Origin: a virus
Taxonomy: Duplodnaviria; Caudoviricetes
Reading direction: 5' to 3' (one strand)
Virus record (IMG/VR): IMGVR_UViG_3300028138_000007
Location: 1 to 47,020 of that record
DNA: 47,020 bases
In this document: positions 16,349 to 25,185 of the stretch, piece by piece
How the letters are laid out: each line of letters begins with the position of its first letter
Position numbering within the stretch: position 1 is the stretch's first letter
Made by a program: the position numbers and the translations under genes
The notes under the pieces: model-generated
The model's input: the letters and a program-made list of their open reading frames with translations, nothing else
Database searches by the model: none
What the model was told of the DNA's origin: nothing

Positions 16349-16548
16349 CTTATTTTGTCGAACGGAATGTTGGGAATTGTGGTGAAGTGGCATTCAACAA
16401 ATCGAATCAGGGATGTAATATCAGCGAAGACAAGAGTTTCTTTATCTGATACACTAACCACCCCGCAATCAGGATACCTGTTGTTTGGAACTACAATGAA
16501 TCCGTTTCCTACTTCCTGAATGATGATAGGTATGTGCGCGTTCATCAT
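16345..16548 (-). CDS. hypothetical protein
   Basis: IIIQEVGNGFIV...LVF pattern common in small phage proteins; ATGA overlap. Confidence 0.65.
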   Translation of the reverse strand: MMNAHIPIIIQEVGNGFIVVPNNRYPDCGVVSVSDKETLVFADITSLIRFVECHFTTIPNIPFDKIS

Positions 16549-16958
16549 ATCCCCGCCGCCGCCTTCAGTTCCTCAATCACCAACGCCAGCCCTTTGGCGG
16601 TCAAACTGGACGAGATGGAGCGCCCGATGTAGCGTTTCATTTCGCCCTCCTTTTCCGGTTGCCAGGAGCAGGTCAAGCGAAACTTGCCGTTCTCGAATTT
16701 GAGAGATTGGACGGAGAAGATTTTCCGTTTCTTGAAGACCTCGCCGATGATTTCCAGTTCCAGCATGAGATCGGCCATCGTGACGGGTGGAACGACGTCG
16801 GGCATGTCCTTTGGACGAGGATCGGCGGCGACAGATTCTTGAACCGGAGCAGTCAATGCAGCAGACAGTTTGTTTTCGATCATGGCCTTAACTACTGGCG
16901 GGGTTGCAACGAATTCAGGCGGCAACGGCGTTTCAACGAGAGTAGGTTTCTTATACAT
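16545..16958 (-). CDS. hypothetical protein
   Basis: ATG 16958 (MYKKPTLVE...), Pro-rich N-terminus and globular C-terminus. Confidence 0.6.
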   Translation of the reverse strand: MYKKPTLVETPLPPEFVATPPVVKAMIENKLSAALTAPVQESVAADPRPKDMPDVVPPVTMADLMLELEIIGEVFKKRKIFSVQSLKFENGKFRLTCSWQPEKEGEMKRYIGRSISSSLTAKGLALVIEELKAAAGI

Positions 16959-16963
16959 AAATT

Positions 16964-17263
16964 TCAGCCGCAGCAGACGCAGGCAATCCACCTGCCAGTT
17001 TCGACGTTTCGACCAATGGTTCCACGTCCTTTGCATTTTCGACAGCCAGGGTCTGGTTTGCATCGCAGTTTCAGAGTATTCGGGTCGGTTTCTTCCATCG
17101 CTGCGTTAAACCCGTGGCGTCGTTCTTCCATCTGTTCCAAGCGGTGGATTCGTGCCGCTGTGTTGTGGATGCGGACGAAGATCACCCGGAACATGATCCA
17201 GAAAAACAGCACCGTCAGGACCAGTCCTGCGATTTGGAGTGAGAGAACAATCCACGCGATCAT
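16964..17263 (-). CDS. membrane-anchored Zn-finger protein
   Basis: N-terminal TM helix; C-terminal CRKCKGRG...ACVC (DnaJ-like CxxCxGxG). Confidence 0.6.
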   Translation of the reverse strand: MIAWIVLSLQIAGLVLTVLFFWIMFRVIFVRIHNTAARIHRLEQMEERRHGFNAAMEETDPNTLKLRCKPDPGCRKCKGRGTIGRNVETGRWIACVCCG

Positions 17264-17266
17264 GGC

Positions 17267-18586
17267 TCAGTAAAACTTTGGCGTAGCCTTGCGGTCCAGA
17301 GCGCCCAAAGCGCCTTCCATCGTGTCGGCGGCTGGTCCCTGACCTTTCTTCTCGCCGCCTTTGCCTTCGCCAGCGCCAGGTTCGGACTTCTGGAAGGATT
17401 CAAGCGACTTCTTCAATTCAGCAATCTCTGCCTCGCGTGCTTTCAAGTCCCGAATCAGCCTTGGGAATGCCGCTGCTTTGTTCCGAATCGCCGCTGCCCG
17501 TCCCATTGCCGCTTTGCGCTGTTCGCTGGTCATGCGCGGGTCGTTGACGTTCTCCTGTGCCGCCTTGTCGAAGGTAGCCAATCCTTTGGCCAGCAAATCA
17601 TCCCCTTCCTTGTCGATAGGGTTGCCGTCTTTGTCGGTTCCCTTGGGCAGCACGTAAGGTTTCCACTGATCCGGCACAGCTTCGGGCTTGATCGATTCCT
17701 GCCAGTGTTGGGCGACTTCCTTTTGCACCTTGGCCGATGATTCCTGCCATTGCTTTTCCCGTTCCGCCCCGGACTTTCGGTATTCAGCGACGGCATTGGT
17801 CCCGGCGATAGCGGCTTTCTCCACTTCCAGCATGTGCGGGGTGATAAGCGCAGCACGAGGGCCAAACATCTGTTCAAGCTGGGTCGCAGCCGATTCCGGG
17901 TCTTGCAAGTAAACTTCCATCAGCCGGTCAAACTGTTCGGCAGTGGCGGCAACGCTGTTACCTTCAGCATCGGTGGTCTTGAGGCGGGCAATCATCTGCC
18001 GCCCGCGATTCCAAGCCTCGTTGTAGGGCTTGACGAACTTCTCGGCGTATTCCGGGGACTTCTCGTATTTGACGTAGCGAAATTCTTCTTCGAGATGGGT
18101 CTTTTCCTTGCGCAAAGCTTCCAACTGTTCGTTGAGCGTTTTTATCTCCGGGTGTTCGGTCGGTTGCGCCGTCTTCAGCTTTTCCAGTTCGGCTTTGAAA
18201 GTGTCCCGTTCCGTCTCTGTCTTTTGTAGCTTCTCCCGTAGGAAGTCGGCGGGTTTTTTGGGCTTGGTCGGATCGACAGCGGGTTTGGCCGGATCAAGCG
18301 TTTCATCTTTGGGTTCTTTGGCAGGTTCAGTTTTGGACTCTGGTTGCTTGGGCGGTTCCTCGGTCTTGGCGGCAGGTTGTTCGGCCTTGTTCTTCTGGGA
18401 CGGATGGGGCGGGATGGTGTTTGGTTCTGGTGTGGGGGCTTTGCCAAACTTTTCCAAGTTGGCGAACGCCGAATCCATGTTGGAGCCGGTCTTGCCGGAG
18501 GATGTTCCCCCGCCGCCGCCCATGGCGGCAGCTTCGGAGGCGGCTTGAGAGATGGAAGGGGCGGCTAAACTAGGTGCTTCCGGCAT
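17267..18586 (-). CDS. capsid scaffolding protein
   Basis: Between portal and capsid; disordered Pro/Glu/Lys-rich N-terminus followed by long coiled coils. Confidence 0.7.
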   Translation of the reverse strand: MPEAPSLAAPSISQAASEAAAMGGGGGTSSGKTGSNMDSAFANLEKFGKAPTPEPNTIPPHPSQKNKAEQPAAKTEEPPKQPESKTEPAKEPKDETLDPAKPAVDPTKPKKPADFLREKLQKTETERDTFKAELEKLKTAQPTEHPEIKTLNEQLEALRKEKTHLEEEFRYVKYEKSPEYAEKFVKPYNEAWNRGRQMIARLKTTDAEGNSVAATAEQFDRLMEVYLQDPESAATQLEQMFGPRAALITPHMLEVEKAAIAGTNAVAEYRKSGAEREKQWQESSAKVQKEVAQHWQESIKPEAVPDQWKPYVLPKGTDKDGNPIDKEGDDLLAKGLATFDKAAQENVNDPRMTSEQRKAAMGRAAAIRNKAAAFPRLIRDLKAREAEIAELKKSLESFQKSEPGAGEGKGGEKKGQGPAADTMEGALGALDRKATPKFY

Positions 18587-18806
18587 AGAATTTTTCTTTC
18601 ACTTCTGTCAGGATCAGGGGAATACCCCGCATCATCTGTTCGTAGGTATCGAACTTGAAATTCTGTTCCATCGAACCTTTTTCTAAGGCTACGATGACTT
18701 GTGCGATCCAGACCGAATTGATTTGCTGGCAGGCAATCTTCAGCCGGGGCGAGAACGGTTGCTTTTCCAGTTTTGGTTCGGCTTGTGTGGTGTGTCCGTT
18801 GTTCAT
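18570..18806 (-). CDS. hypothetical protein
   Basis: ATG 18806 (MNNGHTTQ...), ATGA overlap with upstream gene. Confidence 0.55.
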   Translation of the reverse strand: MNNGHTTQAEPKLEKQPFSPRLKIACQQINSVWIAQVIVALEKGSMEQNFKFDTYEQMMRGIPLILTEVKEKFYAGST

Positions 18807-19093
18807 TCTGGAATTTGCGGCATTGGTTTGGAGCGCAACACCTTTTCGTAGCATCCAGCGTAACCCGCCTTGTCGATAATACTGTCTCGGTGTTCGGGCT
18901 GATGGAGCAACCGAACCGTTTTTAACGCATCCATGCAAAGGCATACTTTCTCCGGTGTTACTGGCGTATCCAGAATGATTGACCACATGGCGGCGATTTT
19001 GCTGAACGATTTGTAAGCGTCCCCATAATCGGTTTGACGGTCGCCATATATTAGCGATTGCGCCTGTTGAAGAATGGTAATCGGTTCGCTCAC
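18803..19093 (-). CDS. DUF6378-like phage protein (possible nucleotide-metabolism enzyme)
   Basis: IYGDRQTDYG...F..IAAMWS...CMDALKTVRL...DSIIDKAGYA signature. Confidence 0.75.
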   Translation of the reverse strand: MSEPITILQQAQSLIYGDRQTDYGDAYKSFSKIAAMWSIILDTPVTPEKVCLCMDALKTVRLLHQPEHRDSIIDKAGYAGCYEKVLRSKPMPQIPE

Positions 19094-19365
19094 GTTGGTT
19101 CCAATGTCCCTGGTAGTTTGCGTTGTGGCACCGTAGGCGTATCCGCCAGCGTCAGCAGTGTCTTACGATACTGGATGGCCCCGGCGATCTTATGGAAATT
19201 GGCAGCGGCAGTCTGAATGTCCACGGCTGCGCCTTCGGCCAGTTCGTGGGCCATTTGCAAAAGGGCGCTATCGGTGGAGTCGAGGAAGGGCGGCGATGAG
19301 CAAAGCGATTTGTGAATACCTGCCCGATCCGGGCTGGTAAGAAATCTGGCTTTCGGCGTCATCAT
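19090..19365 (-). CDS. hypothetical protein (post-portal, head-assembly-associated)
   Basis: ATG 19365; helical protein with GA..Y...L..LA motif typical of the small gene after podoviral portals. Confidence 0.6.
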   Translation of the reverse strand: MMTPKARFLTSPDRAGIHKSLCSSPPFLDSTDSALLQMAHELAEGAAVDIQTAAANFHKIAGAIQYRKTLLTLADTPTVPQRKLPGTLEPT

Positions 19366-19369
19366 TTGC

Positions 19370-19675
19370 TCAGGACGAAAGGTGTGGAGTAATCTCGCAA
19401 TACTGTCCAGCACAATCTTTTGCCATCGAATCTAAAACATCTTTCAAATCGTCCGAACGGTAGGCGGCGATTCGCTGGATCAAGTCAACTATCAGTGGGG
19501 CGAACTCTCTTGGAGAATCTTTGAATCGGCCCTCCCAAACGCACGTAAAAACCTTGCTCACATTCCACTTATTGGATTTCAAAAATAGGAAAATTTCCTC
19601 CACGTCTTCCTTTTCGTATTTGACGCACGTTTCGCCCCATCCATGAATATCTGTGATTCGCATAAATGAGTTCAT
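19370..19675 (-). CDS. hypothetical protein
   Basis: ORF track; AT-richer; ATGA overlap. Confidence 0.55.
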   Translation of the reverse strand: MNSFMRITDIHGWGETCVKYEKEDVEEIFLFLKSNKWNVSKVFTCVWEGRFKDSPREFAPLIVDLIQRIAAYRSDDLKDVLDSMAKDCAGQYCEITPHLSS

Positions 19676-20097
19676 TCCGCTCGTCGCCTTTTTTGTTTAT
19701 TGAATTTCTCTCTCCATCGACACATGGAACATTTTCTAAAAGGACCATCGTTAAGTTTCCTGCATCCAGTGCATCTTCCAACCGAAATCAAATAAGCCGC
19801 AATCTTTTGATGCCGCACATTAGCCAATATCCGGCACGGTTCGCAAACAGACTTGGTTACAAGCGGTCGTTTTCCGCACTGACCGCATAATCCGATTTCA
19901 ATAGATTTGCGATATTTTTCCTTGGCCTGAGTGCAGCGTTTTTGGTTGCACTTGAGACACATCCATTGTTTTTCGCCTAAATTTAGCTGAAATCTGGATT
20001 CCGATGCTGGGACGTTTTTTCCGCACTCTATACAGCACCCTGATTTTCGTAATTTAGCTGTATGTCTTCGGCTTATCCCTAAGGTATCACGTGGCAT
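19672..20097 (-). CDS. tandem Zn-finger (CxxC..CxxC x3) basic protein
   Basis: GCCIECG..CLKC; GLCGQCG..CEPC; GRCTGC..CSMC; likely ATG 20097. Confidence 0.65.
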   Translation of the reverse strand: MPRDTLGISRRHTAKLRKSGCCIECGKNVPASESRFQLNLGEKQWMCLKCNQKRCTQAKEKYRKSIEIGLCGQCGKRPLVTKSVCEPCRILANVRHQKIAAYLISVGRCTGCRKLNDGPFRKCSMCRWREKFNKQKRRRAE

Positions 20098-22543
20098 CTT
20101 TAGACGTTGGTTTTGGTGTTGCATCTTGTCGGGCAATATCCGCCTGCGTCTGCGCAGCCTTGGAAGCTACATCGGCGCGAATCTGTGCCGCCTGCTTGGC
20201 CATGTCCAATCGGTGCTGTTCGGACTGTTTGACCATTTCCAGCCGATGTTCTTCAGCCAGCTTGGCCATTTCAGCGGCGTGCTTCTGCGCGTCCTGCTGC
20301 TGCTTCTGGTCAAACTGAACCTGTTTTTGCGCGGTCCTCATCCCGTGGCTTTCGCGCATGTTTTTCGCCTTGGTTTCGGCGATAAGCTGATCGGACTGAA
20401 TCTTGGCCTGCGTCTCGGCGTCGATGCCGCCTGCACCTTGGCCCTGCTGCGATTGCATCTGCTCCATGAGCCTTTGCTGATAGCCTTTGACCTCGTTGAG
20501 CAGCTTTCCAAGGTAATCGCCCATCTGTTTGACCTTCTGTGCTTCCTGCGGGTCTTCAGCCAGCTTGTCCAAGTGCTGCCGGATACCGTTTTGCACATTG
20601 GGGATAGGATTCCCATTGGTATCTTCGCCAGCCAAGGACTGAAGCCCACTAATTTGATCGGCAGTGGCCATCGAACCTTGCATCTGCTGAATCTTCTGAA
20701 TCTCAACCTGCATCGCCTGAAGCAACGCCCCTGCGTATTCGTCATGGGCCACACCTGATTTGAACACCATCGGCAAGCTGGCCAGGAGCACGGCGGCACT
20801 GCGTTGCGCGTCTTCGGTGGCATGGCTCGGAATCGGGGCTTCAGGGACCAAATCGTTAGCCCGCGCCGGATCATCTGTAATCGCAAGGGTTACATCTCTC
20901 AGAATCTTCCGTTGGGGTTCCGGGTCGTAAAGATTGCGCATCTGAAGCAACTGCGTGGCGATGGACATTTCCAAAGTCTTGTTGCCCGCGCCCAGCACTT
21001 GTTCGGACTGGATTTCCCACGATTCGGGGTTAAGGATTTTCTCTGGCACCTTCGCTTTGAGGCAGTTATTGCGGAATTCGCGCACATCTGGGTCACGACT
21101 GTTCGGCTTGCAGAAGCGCCGGAAAATTTCCATGTACTCGAAGGTCTGATATTTGTAAGATTGAAGCAAGCCAGCGGAGATTAAAGCGGTTGTCGTGTTC
21201 AGTTCCGCCCCAACTTGAAACGCGGTTTTTCTGACGTTGCCAGGATCGGAGTAATCCTGAGACTGTCGGAAGGATGAAGCGTTTTCCTGAATGATGTTGG
21301 AGTTTTGGAGTAATCCTTGCAGGGCCAAATCCTTGTCCACTTGCCAGCGTTCGGACGGCGGCAGGAACTGCACTGTTTCGTCAATGATGCCGCGTGAAAT
21401 CAACTCGATCTTCAGAGCGCGTTCAGCATCGTCCAGTGACTTGACGCGCATATACATCAAAAGCCCCTCAAACACGGCTTCGTTGAACTTGCAGCGGAGT
21501 CGGTTCTGTAGATGGCAGACAGAGTAAAGCAGATAGCCCAGCGAGCGCACGGAATGGTATCGGAACGGAGCCACGGCAGAGAGATCGGCGAACTGGAACG
21601 AGATCATCTCCGAAAGCTTCTCGCCGTATTTTCGGCCTTCCGGGTTGTAAAGGAAGTCACCTTTTCCGGGCATCGCTTCACCTTTGCTGTTGGTGCGCGG
21701 CATCATTCGCACAGCCCCGCCAACTCCCGGTGTGCCGTTGGCGTCGATAACCATACGCCGGTTCCAGCCCGCGTCATTCTCGTCATCGTTCCAGAAGTAA
21801 AAGTCGTAGCAATCAATCGTTGGTACGGCGTCCGAGGCATAAAGCCCGCCGTCGCTCTTGATTCGTTCGGCCATCTTCTCCGGGGACCATACTTCCGGCC
21901 ACGTCGTTCCCATCAGGGTTTGAGCCTCTTGGTCAACCCACTTGATCGCGTCTTCGGCCAACGGAACGTTCCAGCCCGGATCAACCTTGGGGCCATGAAT
22001 CAGTTTGCTTAACTGGTGCGCGGTGTAGCTCCGGTAGATGGCGAAGAACGGAAGGTTCTTCATCGTCAGGCGCGTATTCGATGGAATAAACACGTCTTCA
22101 ACGCCAAGGGCATCGGGACACCAGCAATCCCGGTCATCCCAGGCGGCGGGGGCAATACCGTGGAGGACAGCCAAGGCGAACTTGCTTCGGAACGTCTCGA
22201 AGTAGTTCGGGGACCGTTTCATAATCTTGTTGATCTCCCGGCTGACGATAGCGGAGTAGTCCTGCCGTTTGTGCTTGGGACCGTAATCGGTAGTAGCGGA
22301 GAAGAAACGTCCGGGCTTCAGGAAAGCGGAATAGTATTGGCGTCGGGCATCGTGGGCCAACTTGGTTCCTTCAAGGAAATTGACGTTGATCGCGATGCCG
22401 TTGCTAGTGACTTCATCAGGGGTGTAAGGGGCCACCCCGTTGAACAAATCGTTAATTCTGGTACGGTTGACGGCTCGCGGGTAGTCAGAAAGCCTCATCT
22501 GCCAACAAACTTGCTCCACCGATTCGGATGTTTCAAACTTCAT
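20087..22543 (-). CDS. portal protein (long, with Gln-rich C-terminal coiled coil)
   Basis: 818 aa; position between terminase and scaffold; Q/A/K-rich C-terminal helix like the P22-type portal barrel. Confidence 0.8.
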   Translation of the reverse strand: MKFETSESVEQVCWQMRLSDYPRAVNRTRINDLFNGVAPYTPDEVTSNGIAINVNFLEGTKLAHDARRQYYSAFLKPGRFFSATTDYGPKHKRQDYSAIVSREINKIMKRSPNYFETFRSKFALAVLHGIAPAAWDDRDCWCPDALGVEDVFIPSNTRLTMKNLPFFAIYRSYTAHQLSKLIHGPKVDPGWNVPLAEDAIKWVDQEAQTLMGTTWPEVWSPEKMAERIKSDGGLYASDAVPTIDCYDFYFWNDDENDAGWNRRMVIDANGTPGVGGAVRMMPRTNSKGEAMPGKGDFLYNPEGRKYGEKLSEMISFQFADLSAVAPFRYHSVRSLGYLLYSVCHLQNRLRCKFNEAVFEGLLMYMRVKSLDDAERALKIELISRGIIDETVQFLPPSERWQVDKDLALQGLLQNSNIIQENASSFRQSQDYSDPGNVRKTAFQVGAELNTTTALISAGLLQSYKYQTFEYMEIFRRFCKPNSRDPDVREFRNNCLKAKVPEKILNPESWEIQSEQVLGAGNKTLEMSIATQLLQMRNLYDPEPQRKILRDVTLAITDDPARANDLVPEAPIPSHATEDAQRSAAVLLASLPMVFKSGVAHDEYAGALLQAMQVEIQKIQQMQGSMATADQISGLQSLAGEDTNGNPIPNVQNGIRQHLDKLAEDPQEAQKVKQMGDYLGKLLNEVKGYQQRLMEQMQSQQGQGAGGIDAETQAKIQSDQLIAETKAKNMRESHGMRTAQKQVQFDQKQQQDAQKHAAEMAKLAEEHRLEMVKQSEQHRLDMAKQAAQIRADVASKAAQTQADIARQDATPKPTSKDAT

Positions 22544-22565
22544 AGAGAGTAACGGCCAACAGCCA

Positions 22566-22595
22566 ACCCTTACGCTTGCGCAGCCCTGCCGTCAA
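22566..22595 (-). promoter_or_regulatory. Portal-gene promoter
   Basis: TTGACG-17 nt-TAAGGGT. Confidence 0.5.
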
Positions 22596-23273
22596 TCATA
22601 ACTCGATAATCTTAGGATCGTTCTCATGCGCCCTGCACTCCGCTAAAATCTGCTCTTTGGTCCTCAGTGTGTGGGTTCCGAATCCCCGTTCCTTGTTGCG
22701 CTGCGTTAACCTTGGCCCTCGATCCCGCGTCTCGCGTTCGATCCAGAAGCACGGATCGGCGTTTGCCCAATGAGCACCTGACCATTCCCGGCCAACCCAG
22801 AGTGGCGTATCGGAATGTATGTCGTGGTTTCCAGTGCCCATCTGGATCGTTGGATTTGGCCGGAACACACACGGCTTAATATGTCCGCCATCGTCTCGTA
22901 AATCTGCTATCCCGTGCAGTCGTTGCGGAACAGGATGGCGAGTTCGGTCAATGTCCCGGTCGGTCTTATGCCGCCAGACGCGCACCATGCGGGAGTAGAT
23001 GAGATCGCCTTGTTCCTGTTCCAAGGCCACGCGGGGATTTAGACCGTAAGGCATTGGCCATAGAAATTCGTCCATATCAACCAACACAACCCAATCTGCC
23101 GTGGACTCACGGATCGTTTCGTTGATCCAATTTTGCTTGTCATCGTCATCGAACAGGTGATCGTCTCGCTTCTGGGTAATAAGCGTAATCCGGTCTGCCC
23201 AATCATAGTGATTTGTGAAAAGAGGCAGAAGAAATTCCTCTTTGTAAAAACATGCTATAACCTGAACGATCAT
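22596..23273 (-). CDS. GT-A fold glycosyltransferase (GT2-like)
   Basis: MIVQVIACFYKEEFLLPLF..HY; ADWVVLVDMDEFL (DxD motif); K-P..FRP, GNH. Confidence 0.75.
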   Translation of the reverse strand: MIVQVIACFYKEEFLLPLFTNHYDWADRITLITQKRDDHLFDDDDKQNWINETIRESTADWVVLVDMDEFLWPMPYGLNPRVALEQEQGDLIYSRMVRVWRHKTDRDIDRTRHPVPQRLHGIADLRDDGGHIKPCVFRPNPTIQMGTGNHDIHSDTPLWVGREWSGAHWANADPCFWIERETRDRGPRLTQRNKERGFGTHTLRTKEQILAECRAHENDPKIIEL

Positions 23274-23902
23274 GCGCGTTTCCTGATAATGGCAAGCTCT
23301 CGGTAGAAATGAAGTGTCTCCATGTCCCCACGACTCATGTTGATTCGGTCGCAAAGCAACTTGATAAATTCAATCGTGCTGCCAAACCCAGGTCGGTTGC
23401 AGTCCGGGTTGTAAGCCGCGCCCAGGTCTTCGATGCAATACAGCCCTCCCGGTTTCAAGTGCTGCCAGAGACACCAATAGGTGGTTTCAATCTGGTCGTT
23501 GCGATGACCGCCATCATCGATCAGAATATCGAGCTTGGGCTGGTTCTCGATGAACACTCGCCAAAAGTCCTTGTCCATCTGATCGCCCTGGATGAACTGG
23601 TAACGGTCGTGGACAGGTCGCTCCTTCTTTTCAATGTCCACGCCGATAATCTTAGCGTTGGGAAAATATTCTAGCCAAAGCAACACGGATGCGCCCATAT
23701 TGACCCCGATTTCCAGCAAAGTAATCGGCAGGTTTCGCCACGGGGCAAAGTAGCGTTCGTATATTGGCAAGTAGGACATACCATCCCCCGAACGTTTGTC
23801 CGTCCATAATTTAAAGTCTTTCTCGCGATGGGCAATTTCGTCCAGTGTGGGTGGATTGATAGACTCTTTTTCTAACCGTTCAGCGGTGTCTTTGTAGTTC
23901 AT
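23270..23902 (-). CDS. class I SAM-dependent methyltransferase (sugar O-methyltransferase-like)
   Basis: TDK...YLPIYERYF, LLEIGV..GAS, IIGVDI, DILIDDGGH, LKPGGLYCIED. Confidence 0.85.
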   Translation of the reverse strand: MNYKDTAERLEKESINPPTLDEIAHREKDFKLWTDKRSGDGMSYLPIYERYFAPWRNLPITLLEIGVNMGASVLLWLEYFPNAKIIGVDIEKKERPVHDRYQFIQGDQMDKDFWRVFIENQPKLDILIDDGGHRNDQIETTYWCLWQHLKPGGLYCIEDLGAAYNPDCNRPGFGSTIEFIKLLCDRINMSRGDMETLHFYRELAIIRKRA

Positions 23903-23905
23903 AAT

Positions 23906-24556
23906 TTAATCATATGGTGTTGGCCAACCGGGGCTGAAGTCCATTACTTTTGGACGCCTTGGCCCGCGTCCAATCCATGATTCTGCTTCATAGCGGAATT
24001 GCCATTTGGCTTCGGGAAGCGGCGGCAACGTGGCGAGGTATTCGGTTTTCCCCCACCAAAACGTGCCGCCAAACATCGGAGTCTTGATGGATTCGGGATT
24101 CTGTTCAGGGGTTAGCCAGTGGCAACCACAGGCGTCCGATCCATTATCCAAAGCAGAGATGCAATCTCGCCAGCGCCAGACGTTGTAAAGCTCCATGCGC
24201 CTGCGCCATCCGTCCGCTTGGTTGGGAGTCGATATGCCTTTGGAGTGGTGGTAAAGTACGTAAAAACCGGGATGATCAATAGCCCATTGGCGCAGGACAA
24301 CCATAGTTGGTATTTCGGTAGTGGCACCTTGACCGTGGCAGACAATCGTTGCTTTTGGTGGACAGAGGCAGGCAACAGCCAGTGCGTCGGATTCGTTGCC
24401 GTTGACGCCAACCGTGATGGACGAAGCGGCGTCGGACAGCCCGCTTTTGTTAAGTGCGGTCATCTGCGATTCGATTAGGCTCAGAGCGTAATCAGGATCA
24501 ATCTCGCGTTCCTTACTGGAAAGCAGGCAATGGTACCAAATGGCAATCGGTTTCAT
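23906..24556 (-). CDS. putative glycosyltransferase-like protein
   Basis: E.PT...L, YVLYHHSKG, WRRRM, FGGTFWW, RYEAESWIG motifs; lies within the glycan-modification cluster. Confidence 0.55.
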   Translation of the reverse strand: MKPIAIWYHCLLSSKEREIDPDYALSLIESQMTALNKSGLSDAASSITVGVNGNESDALAVACLCPPKATIVCHGQGATTEIPTMVVLRQWAIDHPGFYVLYHHSKGISTPNQADGWRRRMELYNVWRWRDCISALDNGSDACGCHWLTPEQNPESIKTPMFGGTFWWGKTEYLATLPPLPEAKWQFRYEAESWIGRGPRRPKVMDFSPGWPTPYD

Positions 24557-25176
24557 TGGCAGTGTTGATCTATAAATAATCCCTCGTCTCGCGAGATATT
24601 CTGCCATGCTTCCATCCGGTAAACGCCTGACCATGTGACCATAAGTGGGTCAAAGCCAACCGACTTTGACCAGAGCGCAATCGAGTTTGCCCCGTGTTCA
24701 AAGGAGTATCGATCATTGTCGCCGACACGTTTGGGATAGGAGTTTAGCAGTTCAGGCGGGAGCCAAAACGCTGTGGTGCGTATGTGCGGACGCGGGACCG
24801 GAAAAGCCCAAGCTCCATAGACCGTTGGTCCATATTCTTCGTATGCGCGCACGATCTGATCCAGCCATCCGGCCTTGTGGAAATGAAGCGGCGAACCCAT
24901 GCAAAGCATCAAATCGCAGTCGATTAAATCGGCGGCAGCTTGGTAAGCCCCAATATCTTTGCCTGCGTTGTTGTGCTGAAAGAACTGGCACGGCAACGGG
25001 TCAAACAACTGCCTGCACCATTTCCCGATCTCGATGGTTCCGTTAATCGCGACGTGGATCGTGTGATCGGATTCACCGGGAGGATGCTCAAGGTAGGTTC
25101 GGACGAATCGGCGAGCCATCGGTGCGTAGGTTTTAGCTAGAACAGTCGGGTGAACATAAATCACAGCAATACGCAT
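24553..25176 (-). CDS. putative glycosyltransferase (RgpF/rhamnan-synthesis-like)
   Basis: HNNAGKDIGAYQ, PHIRTTAFW, RYSFEHG motifs. Confidence 0.55.
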   Translation of the reverse strand: MRIAVIYVHPTVLAKTYAPMARRFVRTYLEHPPGESDHTIHVAINGTIEIGKWCRQLFDPLPCQFFQHNNAGKDIGAYQAAADLIDCDLMLCMGSPLHFHKAGWLDQIVRAYEEYGPTVYGAWAFPVPRPHIRTTAFWLPPELLNSYPKRVGDNDRYSFEHGANSIALWSKSVGFDPLMVTWSGVYRMEAWQNISRDEGLFIDQHCQ

Positions 25177-25185
25177 CCAACAAAC

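Noticed and set aside
18806-18986. N-terminal extensions given by the ORF track (also at 4260-4419, 5629-5724, 23273-23354, 24556-24634, 32484-32621, 44625-44823)
   Set aside because: They overlap neighbouring real genes or promoter regions; downstream starts coupled to the previous stop or promoter are more plausible.
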